NCBI GenBank assembly: GCA_024697425.1
Contig: JAILFT010000125.1
Span: 1 to 61,814, forward strand
DNA: 61,814 bases
Direction: 5' to 3'
From: Butyrivibrio sp.
GTDB lineage: Bacteria > Bacillota > Clostridia > Lachnospirales > Lachnospiraceae
Part shown: positions 56,895 to 61,814 of the stretch, piece after piece
How positions within the stretch are numbered: the first letter of the stretch is position 1
Layout of the letters: every line of letters starts with the position of its first letter
Program-made: the position numbers and the translations under genes
The notes under the pieces: generated by a model
Seen by the model: the letters and a program-made list of their open reading frames with translations, nothing else
What the model was told of the DNA's origin: nothing
Database searches by the model: none

Positions 56895-57863
56895 ATGGTT
56901 GGAATTAAGGATATAGCAAACAGATGCGGTGTATCACCAACCACCGTATCAAATGTTCTGAACAATAAGAATAATGTAGGGCAAAAGACCAGAGATCGGA
57001 TCCTGGAAACTGCAAGAGAACTTGGGTATGTCCATAAGAAGCCTGATGCAGCGATTGGCGGAAGGAGAAAAAACACTGTTGCCATAAACTTCAGTGATTT
57101 TGATGCGCAGTTCTATTTTGATGTCCTTCACGGAATCAGTGATTATGCTGTGAAAAGAGACTTTAATCTCCTTATATGTACCAAGGAGAATTTTGCCAAA
57201 TATGCTGACTCAGACAGTATATGCGGCTGCATTATAATGGACTGGAGCACTGACGATTCGACAATCTTTAGCATTGCGGACAAAGGCATTCCAATGATCA
57301 CGTTGGACAGGCAGATGCCCCACAAGCTTATAAAAAATATGGTGACAAGCAACTATGAGAGCGAAAAGACGCTTGTTGGGAAGCTTGTATCTTCAGGCTT
57401 TACTTCTTTTGCTTTTTTGGGAGGCATCGATTCCGACGATAACAGGGAGAGATACAGGGCTTTCAGGGATGTGCTGAGGGAAAACGATATTTCTTTTGAC
57501 AGAAATCTGTTATATGAAGGTAACTGGACAGAAAAGAGCGGCGCAGCAGCTGCAAGGCTTATTATGTTACAGCCGCGTATGCCGCAGGTTTTAGTATGCG
57601 CCAATGACCTTATGGCAATCGGCGCCATAAGAAAGTTTCAGGAGAACGGTATCAGAATCCCGGACGATATCTCTGTTTGCGGCTTTGACGACGTAATAAT
57701 GTCAAAATATCTGGGACTTACTACGGTGTGTGTTCCAAATTACGAGAGGGGATATCTTGCTATGCAGGCTCTTTCTGACATTATTGACGGCACCGGTAAT
57801 TTTGAAAATTTCAAGATTGGAGCCAGAGTCAAGTGGAGAAAGTCCATAAAGCCTTTAAATTAG
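56895..57863 (+). CDS. LacI family transcriptional regulator
   Basis: IKDIANRCGVSPTTVSNVLN, CANDLMAIG and IPDDISVCGFDD. Confidence 0.95.
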   Translation: MVGIKDIANRCGVSPTTVSNVLNNKNNVGQKTRDRILETARELGYVHKKPDAAIGGRRKNTVAINFSDFDAQFYFDVLHGISDYAVKRDFNLLICTKENFAKYADSDSICGCIIMDWSTDDSTIFSIADKGIPMITLDRQMPHKLIKNMVTSNYESEKTLVGKLVSSGFTSFAFLGGIDSDDNRERYRAFRDVLRENDISFDRNLLYEGNWTEKSGAAAARLIMLQPRMPQVLVCANDLMAIGAIRKFQENGIRIPDDISVCGFDDVIMSKYLGLTTVCVPNYERGYLAMQALSDIIDGTGNFENFKIGARVKWRKSIKPLN

Positions 57864-57958
57864 AAAGCGTTTGCGCTATTCGGACTGAGAAAAGCAGCAA
57901 AATATCAACGATCATCTGGCATAAATACATGTTTTGACAATATGTATTTATGCGCTCT

Positions 57959-57982
57959 AAACCGCCCAAGCAGGCGGTTTTT
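57959..57982 (+). terminator. Intrinsic terminator
   Basis: AAACCGCC-CAAGCA-GGCGGTTTTT. Confidence 0.65.
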
Positions 57983-57997
57983 CTGCGCTCAAAAATA

Positions 57998-58075
57998 AAC
58001 AGAATAATGTTCTTTTAATTATTGACAAAAACCCAGAGAGGAGGTTATATTGAATTAACAGAACGATATTCGGTT
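57998..58075 (+). promoter_or_regulatory. Promoter (TTGACA at 58022) flanked by two AACAGAA-N5-TTC imperfect palindromes (likely TetR operators)
   Basis: AACAGAATAATGTTCTTTT at 57998-58016 and AACAGAACGATATTCGGTT at 58057-58075. Confidence 0.55.
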
Positions 58076-58091
58076 TATGGAGGTGACGAAC

Positions 58092-59270
58092 ATGGTAAAT
58101 GAAAAAGTAATGTTTCAGGCAGGCTACTACGAATTTAACAAGGATGCGGGGCTGAATTTCCAGCTCAACAGGTTCTATACCTACGGAGTTTTTTCCAGGG
58201 AAGAGCTGATGGATATTGGGGGCAAGATAGACAGTTTCGAGAAATGGATAGCTCTTTTCATGGAAACCGGAAGAAAGGCGGAGCAAAATAACGAACTTCT
58301 TAAGGCGGCTACATGTTACCGTGCGGCACAGTTCTATACCCTTAGCGGAGAGAAGGATTCTGAGGGCAGGAATCTCAAACAAGCTCTGTACGATAAATGC
58401 ATGAAACTTTATAATGAGTACTATGAGCAAATTCCATATCTAAAGGTGATACGGATTCCATACAAGGACTATGAGCTGCCGGTTTATTATGCGGAGTGTG
58501 AGCATTCCAGGGGAAACATCGTGATCCACGGCGGCTATGACAGTATAGCGCAGGATCTTTTGGCTATGCTTCCGTATTTCCATGAATTGTCATATAACGT
58601 ATATTTCTTTGAGGGGCCCGGGCAGGGTGAAGTTCTGATGAGATATGATGTCAGAATGACGCCGGAATGGGAACATTGCACCGGAGCGGTGCTGGATTAC
58701 TTTGGGCTGGATGATGTGACGCTGATTGGTGTATCGCTTGGGGGATATCTGGCGACAAGAGCAGCAGCTTATGAGAAGAGAATTTCCCGCCTTGTGATGT
58801 ATGATCTTATCTATGATTTCTACGGCGCAATATTGAACAAAATGGGTAGCTTTGCGAAAATGTTCGATTACCTGACAAGGCATCCGAAGAACATTTTGTG
58901 GAAGTCACTTAACAGGAAGTTTGACCGGAAATACTTTACCAAATGGCTCCTTTTGCAGGGCTATGCTATCTATGAGGATGTACATACGCCGTGTGAGTAT
59001 TTCAATCATATAAGGTTATACAATACGAGAGAAATATCTAAACTGATCACTCAGGATACACTGGTACTTGCGGGAGAAGCTGATATCTATACAGTATTCT
59101 ATCAGGATCAGATAGATGCACTTGTGAATGCCCGCAGTGTAACGGGAAGGCTCTTTACAAAAGAGGATCAGGCAGATCATCATTGTCAGATTGGCAATAT
59201 GGGACTCTTGCTTGATACTATAGCAGGATGGATCGAGGAGAAAACCGATGGCAAGGAAAGCAGTACTTGA
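58092..59270 (+). CDS. Alpha/beta hydrolase (FrsA / DHPON-hydrolase-like)
   Basis: HGGYDS, EGPGQG, GVSLGG and HHCQIGN. Confidence 0.85.
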   Translation: MVNEKVMFQAGYYEFNKDAGLNFQLNRFYTYGVFSREELMDIGGKIDSFEKWIALFMETGRKAEQNNELLKAATCYRAAQFYTLSGEKDSEGRNLKQALYDKCMKLYNEYYEQIPYLKVIRIPYKDYELPVYYAECEHSRGNIVIHGGYDSIAQDLLAMLPYFHELSYNVYFFEGPGQGEVLMRYDVRMTPEWEHCTGAVLDYFGLDDVTLIGVSLGGYLATRAAAYEKRISRLVMYDLIYDFYGAILNKMGSFAKMFDYLTRHPKNILWKSLNRKFDRKYFTKWLLLQGYAIYEDVHTPCEYFNHIRLYNTREISKLITQDTLVLAGEADIYTVFYQDQIDALVNARSVTGRLFTKEDQADHHCQIGNMGLLLDTIAGWIEEKTDGKESST

Positions 59271-59802
59271 AGGCGGCAGGCGAGATGAGATAATCGTGAC
59301 CGCGATGAAACTGTTTTTTGAACATGGATATGAAGCGACTTCAGTCAGGATGATCATGAACGAGGTCGGCGGTGAGATAGGGATGTTCTACCATTATTTC
59401 AAGTCAAAAGATATGCTGTTTGATATGGTGGTTGAGCGTTTTTTTAAGGAATACCGCGGAAAGTTTGAGACAGCTCTTTTGACCTGTAATACGCGTGAAG
59501 AGCTTGTGAAGATCCTGACGCCCATTTATGAGAAATCCATGGAGGATTTCGGAAAGCTTAAGGGTAACATCCATTGGACGGTGCAGGCTGCGATGCACGA
59601 GGGAACACTTCTGGCACTGAAACCGGCTATTCAATTGCTTATCGAAAAGTGGGGTGTTGATAACAGTACAGATTCTGAGATACTTGCAGGTCAGGTTCTG
59701 TATGGATTGTCTGCAACCATTCACTCAGAGGCATTCATTAAAATGGATCCGAAAGGCAAAGAGAGCTGTATACTGGATTTTATTGGGAGAATATTAGACT
59801 AA
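59248..59802 (+). CDS. TetR/AcrR family regulator
   Basis: LFFEHGYEATSVRMI...GMFYHYFKSK. Confidence 0.93.
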   Translation: MARKAVLEGGRRDEIIVTAMKLFFEHGYEATSVRMIMNEVGGEIGMFYHYFKSKDMLFDMVVERFFKEYRGKFETALLTCNTREELVKILTPIYEKSMEDFGKLKGNIHWTVQAAMHEGTLLALKPAIQLLIEKWGVDNSTDSEILAGQVLYGLSATIHSEAFIKMDPKGKESCILDFIGRILD

Positions 59803-59839
59803 TTATACTGGTCAGACTGGAGTAAACAACGACAAACTC

Positions 59840-60745
59840 ATGAACCGTGAAGATAAACTATACACTCTTTCGCATACGCTGATGCTGCTTGTGGCATCAT
59901 TCTTTTGGGGAACCACCTTTGTAGCACAGAGTCTCGGAGCAGAATATGTAAGTGCGGGAACTTATCTGGCGCTGAGAACCTACATTGGAATACTTTTCTT
60001 GCTTCCTTTTGTATTATACAGGGACAGTAAGGATAACCGGAATAGTAAGGAAGAACGCCGACAGGAGCTTAATGCCTTCATTAAAGGGGGCATATTAGCT
60101 GGCCTCTTCATATTCCTGGCAAGTTTCGCACAGCAATACGGCATCGCCTACACATCTGTTGCAAAGGCAGGCTTTCTTACCGCGCTCTATGTGGTATTTG
60201 TGCCTATCATCTCATTTTTCTTTGGGCGAAAGTTCGACAATAAGCTTTGGATCTGCATTGCCTTATCTGTGGTTGGTTTGTATATGTTATGCATGAAAGG
60301 GAGATTCTATCTGGAAATGGGTGATGCCATGATGGTACTCTCCGCAATAGGTTTTTCTGTTCAGATTCTGGCGGTTTCAAGATATTCCAGGCGGATTGAC
60401 CCGGTTAAGCTTACGCTTTCACAATTCATTGTTGAGGCGTTTCTTGCTACGATAGTGATGCTTGTTCTGGAAAAACCGGATCTTGCCTCAATTCACAGTG
60501 CGCTGCATGCAATCCTGTATGCGGGTATTTTTAGCAGTGGCATTGCATATACACTTCAGTCTCTTGGCCAGAAGAATCTTAATCCGGCAATAGCTTCGAT
60601 TGCTATGTGCCTGGAAAGCGTATTTGGAACGTTGTCAGGGTGGATTGTTCTTGGCCAGAAGCTGTCTTTGCGCGAAGCGTTAGGCTGCGTGCTGATGTTT
60701 GGAGCAATTGTGCTTTCGCAGTTCCTTGGAAATAATGAGGGTTAG
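59840..60745 (+). CDS. DMT/EamA family transporter
   Basis: FWGTTFVAQ, KAGFLTALYVVFVP and LESVFG; about 10 TM segments. Confidence 0.92.
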   Translation: MNREDKLYTLSHTLMLLVASFFWGTTFVAQSLGAEYVSAGTYLALRTYIGILFLLPFVLYRDSKDNRNSKEERRQELNAFIKGGILAGLFIFLASFAQQYGIAYTSVAKAGFLTALYVVFVPIISFFFGRKFDNKLWICIALSVVGLYMLCMKGRFYLEMGDAMMVLSAIGFSVQILAVSRYSRRIDPVKLTLSQFIVEAFLATIVMLVLEKPDLASIHSALHAILYAGIFSSGIAYTLQSLGQKNLNPAIASIAMCLESVFGTLSGWIVLGQKLSLREALGCVLMFGAIVLSQFLGNNEG

Positions 60746-60811
60746 ATCATTCTTTTTCAATCGTGATAATGACTGATCATACGGTTATATAGGCGGAGGT
60801 AAAAGCACCAA

Positions 60812-61651
60812 ATGTACAATTTCAGTACTAAAGGGATCCGCAGCAAGCGAATCCAAATAGAGGCAAACGGGCTTAGAATTCCTCTTTTGATATTGAAGCC
60901 TCTGACTGAGCCGGAAAATGCTCCCGGGGTTATGTGGATTCATGGCGGCGGGTATATGACCGGCATGAAAGCAATGGCTTATATCGGAAGGGCAGCTGAT
61001 CTTGTGAGAAATCACGGCGCGGTTGTGATAGCTCCGGGTTATCATCTGTCGCTGTTTCATCCATATCCGACAGCACTTAATGACTGCTATGCCACGCTTT
61101 TGTATATTAAGGACCATGCAAAAGAGCTGGGAATAAATCCGGATCAGATAATGGTTGGCGGAGAGAGCGCCGGAGGTGGTCTTGCTGCAGCTATTTCAAT
61201 GCTGGCAAGAGACAAGGGTGAAGTGAAGATCGCTTTTCAAATGCCGCTGTATCCTATGATTGATAATTTCGATACAGAAAGTTCTAAGGATAACCACGCT
61301 AAGGTCTGGAACACCAGAAGAAACCATCAGGCCTGGGCTGTGTATTTGAGAAAAGATGCAAAGAAGGAAGTTTCTCCATATGCAGCTCCTTCAAGGCAGA
61401 CTGATTATTCAAACCTTCCTCCTGCCTATACTTTTGTATGTACGGCAGAGCCCTTCTATTGCGAGACACTGAAGTACATAGATGATCTTAAGGCTGCAGG
61501 CGTAGAGGCTAAAGTTGATGTCTACGAAGGAATGTATCATGCATTTGATATGAGCGAACCGGAGCATCCGACAGGAAAAGAGGCAATAAATAATTTCAAT
61601 GAGATGTTTGCTTACGCCAAGGAACATTATTTTGCGAAGCAGGAAGAGTGA
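60812..61651 (+). CDS. HSL-family (alpha/beta hydrolase 3) esterase/lipase
   Basis: HGGG oxyanion motif, GESAGG and HAF. Confidence 0.92.
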   Translation: MYNFSTKGIRSKRIQIEANGLRIPLLILKPLTEPENAPGVMWIHGGGYMTGMKAMAYIGRAADLVRNHGAVVIAPGYHLSLFHPYPTALNDCYATLLYIKDHAKELGINPDQIMVGGESAGGGLAAAISMLARDKGEVKIAFQMPLYPMIDNFDTESSKDNHAKVWNTRRNHQAWAVYLRKDAKKEVSPYAAPSRQTDYSNLPPAYTFVCTAEPFYCETLKYIDDLKAAGVEAKVDVYEGMYHAFDMSEPEHPTGKEAINNFNEMFAYAKEHYFAKQEE

Positions 61652-61713
61652 CTTTCAGTATAATGTACATTTTAGCTTCGGTTAAATCCCGAAGCTTTTT
61701 CTTTGGAATTGTG

Positions 61714-61767
61714 TTGACAAAAAATATGTAATATATTACATTGTTTCATATAGGTAATATATTACAT
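61714..61767 (+). promoter_or_regulatory. Promoter TTGACA-N17-TACATT overlapped by two GTAATATATTAC palindromes (operator pair)
   Basis: ATGTAATATATTACAT at 61726-61741 and GTAATATATTAC at 61754-61765. Confidence 0.7.
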
Positions 61768-61786
61768 AATATAAAAAGGAGCTCAC

Positions 61787-61814
61787 ATGAATTACGATGA
61801 AGTGATGAATATCG
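61787..61814 (+). CDS. 5' end of a gene truncated by the window edge (MNYDEVMNI...)
   Basis: RBS AAGGAG followed by ATG downstream of the promoter/operator. Confidence 0.55.

Noticed and set aside
58060-58072. LexA (SOS) box
   Set aside because: GAACGATATTC does not fit GAAC-N4-GTTC. It is better explained as one of a pair of TetR-type operators.

Overview
This window looks like the origin-proximal 62 kb of a secondary replicon (chromid or megaplasmid) from a Lachnospiraceae/Butyrivibrio-like Firmicute. The taxonomy and replicon type are inferred from gene content. It opens with an AT-rich non-coding region carrying DnaA-box-like 9-mers and repeated copies of the palindrome TGTTATATAACA. Next come parA, an atypical ParB substitute (ParB-like N-terminal peptide plus a likely ribbon-helix-helix domain) and HU. 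The rest is gene-dense accessory and metabolic content: MATE transporter, manA, sortase B, uxuA/uxuB, and a CYTH-AmmeMemoRadiSam-Y-family polymerase-mini-YolD run. An esterase-only utilisation locus follows (two-component system, two ABC importers, NIF3-like protein, three CE1-like esterases, DUF3237, SGNH hydrolase, AraC), then GT4/GH13 and thioredoxin/HxlR. Further on are an XRE-HD(alarmone hydrolase)-YdcF-SRAP operon, EAL and SpoIIE signalling proteins, and a Cys-rich SlyD. The last part holds a single-gene GH5 endoglucanase::cellulose-synthase fusion, msrA, hflKC, metY, small leader-peptide-like ORFs, regulators and hydrolases. I saw no rRNA, tRNA, CRISPR array or transposase. All calls come from motif recognition only; no database searches were run.
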